This document shows, one piece after another, positions 1 to 7,790 of a stretch of 35,726 nt of DNA. The stretch is from a virus. Every line of letters begins with the position of its first letter. Position 1 is the first letter of the stretch. The stretch lies in the IMG/VR virus record IMGVR_UViG_3300028189_000002. One strand, written 5' to 3'. The translations under genes and the position numbers were made by a program. A model generated the notes under the pieces. The model was not told the origin of the DNA. It saw only the letters and a program-made list of their open reading frames with translations, and did not search any database.

Positions 1-127
1 ATTAAATTAAACCCTACACACGTTTCATACATACCGTCAGTACCTAAAGACTTTATAATTTCCGTTGATACTCGTGAGCAGAAGCCTTATAAATTTGGGA
101 AGATCCCGGTAATTGTGAAGACTATCA
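1..127. repeat. Terminal direct repeat, copy 1 (identical to 35600..35726); circularisation overlap of a complete genome
   Basis: Bases 1-127 (attaaattaaaccctacacacg...gtgaagactatca) recur base for base at 35600-35726. An ORF reads straight through the join. Confidence 0.95.
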
Positions 128-498
128 ATGCTGGTGATTACTCAATTAACGGTATGGAGCATTTAGTATCTATTGAGCGTAAGTCTCAAGCTGATTTCTA
201 TGGTACAATAACCGGCCATGCACGAGCAAGGTTCTACCGGATGCTTGACCGCCTGGACTCTCATTTATTCAAAGGTCTTATAATTGAATGCGAAGAAATT
301 GAATTACTATCACCTGAAACCTCATTCTCTGAAATACACAAGAACTCTGTCTATTCAACAATCATTTCATTTGAGATAAAAAGAGGCTTGCATGTATATT
401 ATGGAAACCGCCGGTCCTGTGCGATTAAAATTGCCAACTGGTTATTGGTCTTTTATAAGAATTACTTAGAAAATAACAAAAATGATATATTATCTTAA
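1..498 (+). CDS. ERCC4/XPF-Mus81-type nuclease, 3' part (gene starts at 35567 and crosses the circular junction; about 176 aa joined)
   Basis: The frame is open from base 1. The joined protein MKNTDEFCAPPIKLNPTH..SVDTREQKPY..NAGDYSI..VSIERKSQADF carries the D-x-R-E / GDY / ERK-x3-D signature of ERCC4-fold nucleases. Track ORF 115..498 is only its internal-Met tail. Confidence 0.6.
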   Translation: MKLNPTHVSYIPSVPKDFIISVDTREQKPYKFGKIPVIVKTINAGDYSINGMEHLVSIERKSQADFYGTITGHARARFYRMLDRLDSHLFKGLIIECEEIELLSPETSFSEIHKNSVYSTIISFEIKRGLHVYYGNRRSCAIKIANWLLVFYKNYLENNKNDILS

Positions 499-802
499 CA
501 GCAAGGGAAAAAAGATTGAGATTATTATTAAGCGCCATGCTGTCTTTTCTTTCCGGGATAGATATGAAAAACTATTTGGTACTGTTTTGACCTCAACTGA
601 AGCTGAAGGTAAGATAATAGCATTATTCCCTTTGGCCTCTCGTGTGAAGAACTATAACTCTCGTGAGAAGATCCGTATTAAAAGGCATGGGCATTCTTTA
701 TACTTCCGAGATCCGAACTTTACCTATGTAATACATAATGGTGTTATGATCACTGTAGAAATAAGCAAGAAAGGCTTTCGTAAATTAAATAAGGAGATAT
801 GA
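482..802 (+). CDS. hypothetical protein (106 aa)
   Basis: Track ORF with an ATG start, overlapping the upstream gene end within a co-directional operon. No motif recognised. Confidence 0.5.
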   Translation: MIYYLNSKGKKIEIIIKRHAVFSFRDRYEKLFGTVLTSTEAEGKIIALFPLASRVKNYNSREKIRIKRHGHSLYFRDPNFTYVIHNGVMITVEISKKGFRKLNKEI

Positions 803-1704
803 TGGCGAAAATTCGTGACGATGAAGAAATTGGCGCAACAGATGGCAGTATGATTGATGATGAAATTGTATTCCAAACCAGCAAAACACAATATTTGAAG
901 CTAGAAGACAAGATTCAACCTGAATCCTTCTATGATTTATCTACATTATCCCTTGCAGACAGGTTCCGGCCTGTGAAGCTTCAGGCGCGAATAGGTATTA
1001 TACCATACTCTTTGATGTCCGCGTTCCGTATGCAAGCGATGAAGATGTCTGAGGCTGATTTTATCCGCGGTGTTATTAGTATAGGGATTATCTCATTATG
1101 TAGGCAGAAGAATATAAACACAGATTTGATTGATCCAACTATAGATTTGTATAGTGGTCAAAGATCCCTTTCTATGGATAAGAGATTCAACGTAACCCTA
1201 GAACTGCTTGATTTTCACAACACAGGCACCATTTCCGTTGTTGATGGTATCGTATGCGGAAGACCTCGTAACGACAAGTACGGCGTTCTCCTGTGGAATA
1301 AACTGCATCCTGTCTGGTCCAAACAGATACCGGATTATCATAAACCAAAGAAATGGTTGGTTTGTCCTGAGTTATTGAAGATGTGCCGGTCCTTTGTTAA
1401 AGATGGATTGACTGATAAGATGTATGCTTTGAGTGCAAAGGTGAAAAACTCGCAGGTAGACTCGCAAAATCCATCAATTACAATCCGTATAAGTCGCAGG
1501 TTTACAATATTGTCGTATGAATATAGTAAATATTATGGATCTGGTAAATTGCCAGGGCAGTTATATAGAGGGTATTTTGTTGCAGGGTTGTACATATTAT
1601 CTAAATGGGCTATTCAAAAGAAGCTGAGTAATTATGAATATTTCTTTAAACAGATGATACATGATCTTGAAATTCAGGCTTGTACGAGGCAATCTACTAC
1701 ATGA
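799..1704 (+). CDS. hypothetical protein (301 aa), replication-module gene of unknown function
   Basis: Track ORF. AAGGAG lies upstream of ATGATG at 799, with a 4-nt overlap to the upstream stop. No motif recognised. Confidence 0.6.
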   Translation: MMAKIRDDEEIGATDGSMIDDEIVFQTSKTQYLKLEDKIQPESFYDLSTLSLADRFRPVKLQARIGIIPYSLMSAFRMQAMKMSEADFIRGVISIGIISLCRQKNINTDLIDPTIDLYSGQRSLSMDKRFNVTLELLDFHNTGTISVVDGIVCGRPRNDKYGVLLWNKLHPVWSKQIPDYHKPKKWLVCPELLKMCRSFVKDGLTDKMYALSAKVKNSQVDSQNPSITIRISRRFTILSYEYSKYYGSGKLPGQLYRGYFVAGLYILSKWAIQKKLSNYEYFFKQMIHDLEIQACTRQSTT

Positions 1705-2129
1705 ATACTAAAACTATCACTGACAGAAACAACCAACCAACTCACGATAATTGGAAGACTCCTTCATATTTGTATGACGAACTTGATCGGGAGTTTCATT
1801 TTAACTTTGATCCATGTCCTTTGAATGCAGATTTTAATGGCCTTGAAATAGAATGGGGTACTTCTAACTTTATCAATCCACCTTATAATAAGATTGATAA
1901 GCCAAGGTTTATACAAAAAGCATGGGATGAATGGCAGTCTGGAAAGACCTGTGTTCTCTTGTTGCCTGTCGCTACTTCCACTATTATCTTTCATAAATTA
2001 ATATATCCTTATGCCGAAATACGGTTCTTAAAAGGTCGTGTTGCTTTTGAAGGATTTAATTCAAATGGCAAATATGTCACTAAAAAGAAGGGCAAGCATG
2101 ATTCGATGATTGTAGTCTATGAGCATTAG
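1701..2129 (+). CDS. DNA N6-adenine methyltransferase, phage Dam family
   Basis: Motifs W-K-TP..LYDELDREFHFNFDPCP, catalytic NPPY (FINPPYNK) and C-terminal FLKGRVAF..MIVVY are typical of the phage N6A-MTase family. ATG 1701 forms an ATGA overlap with the upstream stop. The track start at 1680 is a TTG. Confidence 0.8.
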   Translation: MNTKTITDRNNQPTHDNWKTPSYLYDELDREFHFNFDPCPLNADFNGLEIEWGTSNFINPPYNKIDKPRFIQKAWDEWQSGKTCVLLLPVATSTIIFHKLIYPYAEIRFLKGRVAFEGFNSNGKYVTKKKGKHDSMIVVYEH

Positions 2130-2133
2130 CACC

Positions 2134-2276
2134 TGTAGCTCCAGACCCGGCGCCATTGCTTTTCGAGCTACAAACAATCCTTTATTTCTGTAGCTCTGTA
2201 GCTTGTAGCTCTGTAGCTCGGTAGCTCCAAAATCGCAAGAGCTATCCTTTATGTATTAATAGGCAGGTTTGTAGAG
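2134..2276. repeat. Iteron-like array of the 8-mer TGTAGCTC (five tandem copies at 2189-2227 plus dispersed and inverted copies)
   Basis: TGTAGCTC at 2134, 2189, 2204 and 2212. TGTAGCT at 2197 and GGTAGCTC at 2220. Inverted GAGCTACA at 2165 and GAGCTAT at 2239. TGTAGAGC at 2269. The array lies in the 215-bp gap between the MTase and helicase genes. Confidence 0.85.
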
Positions 2277-2344
2277 CGTTTTTAAAAAACTGAAAAATTC
2301 ATTTACTCGAAATCACTCACTTTTGAAAATAGGAGAAATTCAAA

Positions 2345-3961
2345 TTGCAAAAAGAATTTAAAATTGTCAACCTGAACACAAATGAAATACCCTTCCGTAA
2401 TTTCAATAATCCATCATCGCTCAATCGGTACAATAAAACACAGAAACCGATTACTGATTTAATAACAGAATCAAAGAAGTCATTTATTATGTTATCGGCG
2501 CCAACTGGTTTGGGCAAATCTTTAATCTGTGCGATGTCTGCATATACTCTATCAAATAAAATCAATTACGTTTGTTCTGATAAACAATTACAGGACCAGT
2601 TATTAAATGATTTCCCTGAAGCTGTGGTACTCAAGGGTAGAGGAAATTACACCTGTAACCTATTCCCCCATTTAAACGCCGATACCTGTGTCGGGCAATG
2701 TGCGGAATATAAAGCCAAAGAGATCCAGTGTAATTATTATGATAAAAAGGCTGAACTCCTAAATGCAGACTTCCGTATCCTAAATACATTCTACCTGTTA
2801 TTTGAAATGAATTATGCCGGGCAGTTAAAAGGGCAGGATTTAATCATAATTGACGAGGCTGATACCCTGGACCTTAATTTCATATCGTTTGTGTCCTTGC
2901 AAGTATCAGATTCGCTTATAAGGAAATATGATCTCGGATACCCGAAACTAACCGTAGTCGAATCATGGATTGATTGGGCCGGTGATTCTATAATCAAGCT
3001 GGAAAAATCCTACAATTCAGAAAATTGCAAGAATTCCTTAGATCCTGAATTCGTAAAAGCTGATAAATTAATCAAAAAGTTGAAACTGTTCATACTTTTG
3101 GTTGAGGATGATTGGATTTATAATCGGCATAATACTTATTCTGAATTCAAACCTGTATGGATTACTAAGGAATTGATACAAAAGTACCTGTTTTCTCATG
3201 CTGACCGGTTTATTCTCTGTTCTGCTTCACTTCCTCCGAAAGCAACTATATGTAATACCTTGATGATTGATCCTGCAGATTGTGATTATATTGAAGTCGG
3301 GTCCAGCTTTTTACCGGAAAACCGTAAAGTGATATACGAACCTGTTATGGATATGAGTTTCAAGAATAAAGAAAAGTATATGACTATGATCGATTATGTA
3401 GGAATTGTCCTTGATCGCCATGCCACTGAAAAAGGGATTATACATTGTCAGTCCTATGCGCTCCGGGATCTGATTATGGAGATCGGCGGCAATCGATTGA
3501 TTACACATGAGTCGAAAGATAAACAGAAACAATTGCATATCTTCTATAATTCCACAGAGCCCCTTGTATTTGTTTCCCCTTCTTGTGTGCGAGGATTGTC
3601 GTTAAACGATGATAAAGCGCGATTTGGTATCTGTGTAAAGATGCCGTTCCCGAATCTCGGTGACAAGGCTATATCGAAGCGTTGCTATGGATCAGGTAAT
3701 AAAGGCAAGATGTGGTATAATTCCGAAACGGCGCAAGCTGTGTTGCAAATGTCCGGTAGGCATGTAAGATCTCATACTGATTGGGGTGTTATGTATATAT
3801 TGGATAGTTGTTTTGAGCGTGTCCGTAAGTGTTTGCCGAAATGGTTTAACGATGATATTGTAGAAGACTTTGATTATGGAGAGGAAGAAGATCAGGCCAA
3901 GTGTCCTGAATTAGTGAATGCCGGGATCACTCAGCCTGACGAAGATGATTTTGATTATTGA
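2345..3961 (+). CDS. DinG/XPD(Rad3)-like superfamily-2 DNA helicase with a Fe-S cluster Cys motif
   Basis: Walker A MLSAPTGLGKS and DEAD box IIIDEADTLD. Four-Cys insert C-NLFPHLNADT-C-VGQ-C-AEYKAKEIQ-C between them. C-terminal SGRHVRS motif VI-like. TTG start 9 nt after AGGAG. Confidence 0.8.
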   Translation: MQKEFKIVNLNTNEIPFRNFNNPSSLNRYNKTQKPITDLITESKKSFIMLSAPTGLGKSLICAMSAYTLSNKINYVCSDKQLQDQLLNDFPEAVVLKGRGNYTCNLFPHLNADTCVGQCAEYKAKEIQCNYYDKKAELLNADFRILNTFYLLFEMNYAGQLKGQDLIIIDEADTLDLNFISFVSLQVSDSLIRKYDLGYPKLTVVESWIDWAGDSIIKLEKSYNSENCKNSLDPEFVKADKLIKKLKLFILLVEDDWIYNRHNTYSEFKPVWITKELIQKYLFSHADRFILCSASLPPKATICNTLMIDPADCDYIEVGSSFLPENRKVIYEPVMDMSFKNKEKYMTMIDYVGIVLDRHATEKGIIHCQSYALRDLIMEIGGNRLITHESKDKQKQLHIFYNSTEPLVFVSPSCVRGLSLNDDKARFGICVKMPFPNLGDKAISKRCYGSGNKGKMWYNSETAQAVLQMSGRHVRSHTDWGVMYILDSCFERVRKCLPKWFNDDIVEDFDYGEEEDQAKCPELVNAGITQPDEDDFDY

Positions 3962-3963
3962 TT

Positions 3964-4416
3964 CTACCAAAGGTCCTGGCTGTATAGTTTACTTGAAAGC
4001 ATTAATGTCTCGTCTTGTTTTACCTGTTTGATCTTGATTGCGTGTTTCGCGGCTTCTATCCGGTTTAAAAATGTACCGTTCTTCAATATAAATCCTTCTA
4101 TCATTTCACTTGATCGAATTGGGATGCCCTGAATTATCAGCGCTTTTGCTAAATCTTTATGACATCCCTTTAACATGCTGTGTGTTTCACCTGCAAATCT
4201 AATTACTACTCCGGTTATAAAGCTATCATCTTCCTTGACGTTCTTGATTGAATATTCATAACTACTCGTCTTAGTATTTCCCTTATTGCAATAATCTTCA
4301 TGGAATGTTATTACTCCCTCATAACTTCTTTGCTCTATTAATGATTTCACCATACTTAAATGTTGTGCCAGTTCTTCAATTGTTTCGCCTTTTGCTTCAA
4401 ACTTAATTTCTATCAT
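3964..4416 (-). CDS. hypothetical protein (150 aa), last gene of the accessory operon
   Basis: Track ORF 3964..4449. The internal ATG at 4416 is preceded by AAAGGCAGGTGG (conserved 14-mer plus SD). The C-terminal GF.L.NG.F..R.EA...A...Q...L.S.DLW pattern looks familiar from phage proteins, but I cannot name the family. Confidence 0.55.
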   Translation of the reverse strand: MIEIKFEAKGETIEELAQHLSMVKSLIEQRSYEGVITFHEDYCNKGNTKTSSYEYSIKNVKEDDSFITGVVIRFAGETHSMLKGCHKDLAKALIIQGIPIRSSEMIEGFILKNGTFLNRIEAAKHAIKIKQVKQDETLMLSSKLYSQDLW

Positions 4417-4609
4417 AATGCAATCCACCTGCCTTTCTATAAGTTTCAATAGTAGATTCTATATCTTTTTCCAGTTTCTTGTATGCCAGGAACAAAACTG
4501 TCTTTATCTTTTCATCGTTCTTCATGTCAACTTGATGTACTTTTCCTACAATCTTAAACTTCTTATTATATGCAATCCGTTCAATGTTTAGAATTATATC
4601 TACTTTCAT
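4403..4609 (-). CDS. hypothetical protein (68 aa)
   Basis: Track ORF with a 4-nt overlap to the upstream gene stop (4606). Confidence 0.5.
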   Translation of the reverse strand: MKVDIILNIERIAYNKKFKIVGKVHQVDMKNDEKIKTVLFLAYKKLEKDIESTIETYRKAGGLHYDRN

Positions 4610-4752
4610 TTTCCCTCTGTCATAAATCTATAATGTTTATTTAAAAAGTAACAAAGACTTTTACGTTCATTTCCTTCTGGATACAGGTTCATTGCTATAT
4701 TGATTAAGCAATCACCAATTATTAATCTAAGATTATTTATTATTATTTTCAT
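4606..4752 (-). CDS. hypothetical small protein (48 aa)
   Basis: ATG at 4752 preceded by TTAGAAAGGCGATTT. The track start at 4800 is a TTG that is part of a TTGACA box, so I trimmed it. Confidence 0.4.
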   Translation of the reverse strand: MKIIINNLRLIIGDCLINIAMNLYPEGNERKSLCYFLNKHYRFMTEGK

Positions 4753-4865
4753 AAATCGCCTTTCTAATCGGGTAAGTGTTCCTTGTAGGCCAAGTGTCAA
4801 AATCAGCGGTTAAATTATGCGAAGCATTCCTATGATGTTTTGTTATGCCCCGGTAGGGGTAAATT

Positions 4866-5039
4866 TTATTTCCGCTTATTCTTTCCGTCAATGAATGTTA
4901 GGAAGTTTATACCTGTGTTGTATCTTCTCAGGGCTTCATCTATCAATGGCGGTGAGTTTTTAACTTCTTCTATTGAGATTGATTTCTGTATTGCTAGTTT
5001 TCGTATGGCTTTTTTAGTTGGGCTTTTAAATGTTATCAT
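4866..5039 (-). CDS. hypothetical small protein (57 aa, below the track cutoff)
   Basis: Hand translation gives MITFKSPTKKAIRKLAIQKSISIEEVKNSPPLIDEALRRYNTGINFLTFIDGKNKRK. ATGA start/stop overlap with 5036..5245. It displaces the antisense track ORF 4840..5115. Confidence 0.5.
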   Translation of the reverse strand: MITFKSPTKKAIRKLAIQKSISIEEVKNSPPLIDEALRRYNTGINFLTFIDGKNKRK

Positions 5040-5245
5040 ATTATTCCTTTCCTTTTTAGATTCAGTCTATGTGTTTTATTATTCTCTTTCCTTCTTTCTT
5101 TTGTCCTCGCGATGATATTATACTTCTTGTAATATTCATCTAAATAACTATAAGATGATTTCGTAATATCGTCAGCGTACATTTGATTGTAGTTTTTGTC
5201 AATCGCTACTTGGTGGAGTGTTGTTACTTTGGTTTCTATTAACAT
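5036..5245 (-). CDS. hypothetical protein (69 aa, basic C-terminus)
   Basis: Track ORF with AAGGAG 7 nt upstream of the ATG. Confidence 0.55.
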   Translation of the reverse strand: MLIETKVTTLHQVAIDKNYNQMYADDITKSSYSYLDEYYKKYNIIARTKERRKENNKTHRLNLKRKGII

Positions 5246-5258
5246 CGTGTCTCCTTAT

Positions 5259-5381
5259 TTAATACCCTGTTAAATATCTAAACACTGTCACGATAATTGC
5301 AGTAACTATGAATCTATAAAACCACTTGACATGGTTCTTCCTGTTCCTGAGTCTGATGTATATTTGATTGTATGTCAGCAT
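5259..5381 (-). CDS. hypothetical small membrane peptide (40 aa, below the track cutoff)
   Basis: Hand translation gives MLTYNQIYIRLRNRKNHVKWFYRFIVTAIIVTVFRYLTGY. ATGcTGA overlap with the RadC-like stop. It fills the 5246-5374 gap. Confidence 0.35.
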   Translation of the reverse strand: MLTYNQIYIRLRNRKNHVKWFYRFIVTAIIVTVFRYLTGY

Positions 5382-5848
5382 GATTCCCCTTTTCTGTTAT
5401 ATGTTTCAATTAAACCCTCATCTGCATAGCTGTAATATTCACCATTCCCTAGAATTAAATGGTCTAGTAATTTGATATTCAGCAACTTTCCTGCGTTTAT
5501 TATCTCCTGTGTTATCTTGTCATCTTCACCTGATCTTTTAAGTGATCCGGCAGGGTGGTTATGAATTGCTATTATCGCGCTCGCTCCAAATTGTAATGCG
5601 TTTCGATATATAATCTTTAAATCTACTGTCGCGAAACTTTGCCCACCCGAGAATAATGTTTTAAATCCGTTTATCTCATTCTGTGAGTTTAGGAAAAATA
5701 CTGTAAAGTGTTCCTGATCGTCATCAAGGGTTTTATATATCTCCTTTGCTATCCTGAAACATTGTCTACTATTTAACGTTGTTTCCTTTTCTGCTTCTGG
5801 TTCTGATATTTTCAATGAGATTGTTTTCAGAGTCTTTGTGTAGTACAT
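5375..5848 (-). CDS. RadC-like JAB/MPN-domain protein
   Basis: IAIHNHPAGSLKRSGEDDKIT matches the HNHPSG..PS..D JAB metal-binding signature, followed by LLDHLILG, as in RadC-family proteins. Confidence 0.75.
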   Translation of the reverse strand: MYYTKTLKTISLKISEPEAEKETTLNSRQCFRIAKEIYKTLDDDQEHFTVFFLNSQNEINGFKTLFSGGQSFATVDLKIIYRNALQFGASAIIAIHNHPAGSLKRSGEDDKITQEIINAGKLLNIKLLDHLILGNGEYYSYADEGLIETYNRKGESC

Positions 5849-5857
5849 GATTCCCCT

Positions 5858-6058
5858 TTATAAATTGTAGTTTGTATCAAAATTAAAACAGTTTAACTTC
5901 TCTGCAACTTCATCCTCGCAAGTATCACAGATCCACCAACAATTCTCATGTTCTGGAATGGTGTTATCTTCTCCTTGTTTTACTGTGTCGCATTGTAAGC
6001 ATGTTATTTTTTTTGTTTTGGTCTGTGGTTTGATTGTGGTTGTTATTGTACTATTCAT
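5858..6058 (-). CDS. small Cys-rich (zinc-finger-like) protein (66 aa)
   Basis: Track ORF with C-LQ-C ... C-WWI-C-DT-C spacing. Confidence 0.5.
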   Translation of the reverse strand: MNSTITTTIKPQTKTKKITCLQCDTVKQGEDNTIPEHENCWWICDTCEDEVAEKLNCFNFDTNYNL

Positions 6059-6115
6059 TTTATCCCCTGTCTGCGCGTGTCATCGGTATGCGCGCCCCAC
6101 CATTTAAGATATAAA

Positions 6116-6400
6116 TTAATTCTGTTTCATTTTTAAGCCGGTTAAAATTCCTTTTATCTTTTCGTATAAATCTTTCTTTGTATTGAATCCTGATGTTATA
6201 TCTGATTGACCACTACAACCTTTAGTCAATGACATTCTCACCAGTTTTACTCCACCATAAGCGGAGTCAATCAGATATGTTCCTGTGTTTGGATTGCATC
6301 CTTTTTTGCTGTGGTCGTATGGATCTTTGTCGTGTCCTGTTATATCGTTTATCTGGTCAACCATTTCTTGCAGGTCCTTTATTGATATTCTGGTACTCAT
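6116..6400 (-). CDS. hypothetical protein (94 aa)
   Basis: Track ORF 6116..6460 trimmed to the ATG at 6400, which is preceded by AAAGGAG at 8 nt. The protein starts MSTRISIKDLQEMV. Confidence 0.55.
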   Translation of the reverse strand: MSTRISIKDLQEMVDQINDITGHDKDPYDHSKKGCNPNTGTYLIDSAYGGVKLVRMSLTKGCSGQSDITSGFNTKKDLYEKIKGILTGLKMKQN

Positions 6401-6469
6401 TGTCTCAACTCCTTTGTATATAATATTAAAAAGATATAGTTGTATCGCGTGGGCGATCACTTGTCTTTT

Positions 6470-6682
6470 CTACTTATACATTTTTAATAATGCCTCTTTG
6501 AATTTTATGTCTAATCTCTTTGCTAGGTATCTTACAATGTCTGCCTGTTTTGCTTGCCTCTCTGATATTTCAAATTTTATTTCTTTCATTTGGTTTTTCA
6601 GATTTGTGATTGAATCTCTCTCTTTTAAGAAATCCTCTTTTGAATTTTGGAATATTACTTTTTCTCCTATCGTTGCTGTCAT
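6470..6682 (-). CDS. hypothetical coiled-coil protein (70 aa)
   Basis: Track ORF. The start is preceded by the conserved TTATAGAAAGGCAG 14-mer (6690-6703). Confidence 0.55.
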   Translation of the reverse strand: MTATIGEKVIFQNSKEDFLKERDSITNLKNQMKEIKFEISERQAKQADIVRYLAKRLDIKFKEALLKMYK

Positions 6683-6703
6683 AATTTCCCTGCCTTTCTA
6701 TAA

Positions 6704-6910
6704 TTAATTTTCGTATGGAGATAATATTTCTGTTATGTGTTCGTCAATTTCTGCTTCTGTTCCTGTGAAGAATGGCCTTTGTCCTATTCTTGTTTCGGAT
6801 GGCTCTGCCCCATCTTTTAAACTGTCATGGTCTATGATAAAAATAGAAATTGAATCTTCTGCTTCTAGGTTTGTTACTACTCCGCCTCTTATTTCAACAA
6901 TCATTTTCAT
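6704..6910 (-). CDS. hypothetical protein (68 aa)
   Basis: Track ORF. The start is preceded by the conserved TTATAGAAAGGCAG 14-mer (6920-6933). Confidence 0.55.
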   Translation of the reverse strand: MKMIVEIRGGVVTNLEAEDSISIFIIDHDSLKDGAEPSETRIGQRPFFTGTEAEIDEHITEILSPYEN

Positions 6911-6998
6911 ATTATCAATCTGCCTTTCTATAATCTACAGCCCATTAAAAATCTTGTTAAATTAATATCATTCCTTGCAATAACTCCACCCGAAATAA

Positions 6999-7355
6999 TC
7001 AACCTGCACCAACAACGCGATAGTCCATTACCGTAATCCCTTCTTCCTTGGCGCACTTATGCATATTCTGCGTACCTCTGCCACCAGTGAACAATAACAC
7101 AGCATCGCCATATACCGCCATTTGTTTATTCCTGACTACACCGGCAGACTTGCCCAGGCGCGACCACTCAGCCGGAAATTGTTTCACTGGGATGTCATTA
7201 GCAACTGCCCACAAAACGCCCTCGGAATCTGCACCTGTCGCACCGCCCGTCACGATCTCGGTTATCGTGTGTTTTATACTATCTAACAATTCAATATCGT
7301 CTGCTGTAAATTTATACTGGCGTCCACCTGAAATAATCAGCTTCAAGATTGACAC
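6999..7355 (-). CDS. SLOG-superfamily DUF2493 (YspA-like) protein
   Basis: IISGGR..VTGGATGADSEGVLWA...FPAEW...GKSAGVVRNKQM...LLFTGGRGTQNM matches the DUF2493 pattern GGA.GAD..A..WA / AG..RN..M / G..GT. GTG start overlapping the upstream micro-ORF. Confidence 0.7.
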   Translation of the reverse strand: MSILKLIISGGRQYKFTADDIELLDSIKHTITEIVTGGATGADSEGVLWAVANDIPVKQFPAEWSRLGKSAGVVRNKQMAVYGDAVLLFTGGRGTQNMHKCAKEEGITVMDYRVVGAG

Positions 7356-7474
7356 CGTTTTTTATCTGCTAACGCTTCCTTGTGGCACTTCGGACACATG
7401 CTGTAACCGCTGATAAATATTAAACGCTGACCTTCTGCACCGCATCCATCACATTGACTCTCTGTATTATCCAT
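7343..7474 (-). CDS. zinc-ribbon micro-protein (43 aa, below the track cutoff), first gene of the accessory operon
   Basis: Hand translation gives MDNTESQCDGCGAEGQRLIFISGYSMCPKCHKEALADKKRCQS, with CxxC..CxxC spacing. It overlaps the start of 6999..7355 by 13 nt. Confidence 0.45.
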   Translation of the reverse strand: MDNTESQCDGCGAEGQRLIFISGYSMCPKCHKEALADKKRCQS

Positions 7475-7516
7475 AATAAAAACCTGCCCTTTCTTTAAAA
7501 TCCTCTATAAAAAAAA

Positions 7517-7552
7517 CCGGAAAAATCACTTTCCCTTTTTCCGGCTTTTTTT
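7517..7552. terminator. Strong bidirectional intrinsic terminator
   Basis: CCGGAAAAA (7517-7525) pairs with TTTTTCCGG (7536-7544). It is flanked by A7 upstream and CT7 downstream, so the - strand reads hairpin + T8 and the + strand reads hairpin + CTTTTTTT. Confidence 0.7.
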
Positions 7553-7742
7553 CTTTAGTTAAAAACTCTTTTATTCCTATAGTCTGTTTTGTATTTATCT
7601 TGCGAATATTAAATCTCACCCTAGTTGGACCATACTGGTAGATTCAATCCTCACATGAAGCAAGAGAAATATACTAAAGATAAGTGACGATTAGGTAGTT
7701 GGTTTTTTAGTTAATATTCGTGATAGCTTGAGGGAATATTCA

Positions 7743-7771
7743 TCTAAAAACTGTATAAGTTAATAGCTCAA
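7743..7771 (-). promoter_or_regulatory. Candidate sigma70-like promoter for the leader and accessory operon
   Basis: The - strand reads TTGAGC (7771-7766), 17 nt, then TTTAGA (7748-7743). The -10 is weak and this is the only passable match in 7553-7790. Confidence 0.2.
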
Positions 7772-7790
7772 TATTAATCTTTTTGAAAAT

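Noticed and set aside
2189-2227. Tandem TGTAGCTC repeats considered as a CRISPR array or microsatellite
   Set aside because: The units are 7-8 bp with no spacers, far too short for CRISPR repeats. The presence of dispersed and inverted copies argues for protein-binding iterons rather than slippage-generated satellite.
4840-5115. 91-aa + strand ORF in the accessory operon
   Set aside because: It is antisense to two better-supported - strand ORFs (4866..5039 and 5036..5245), which are linked by an ATGA overlap and an AAGGAG site. Its product is Leu/Phe/Ser-rich shadow sequence.
6072-6095. GC-only inverted repeat GCGCG..CGCGC between the - strand genes 6116..6400 and 5858..6058
   Set aside because: It is a 5-bp stem with a 14-nt loop and no T-run on the transcribed strand. 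It is too weak to call a terminator, and I kept it only as an observation.
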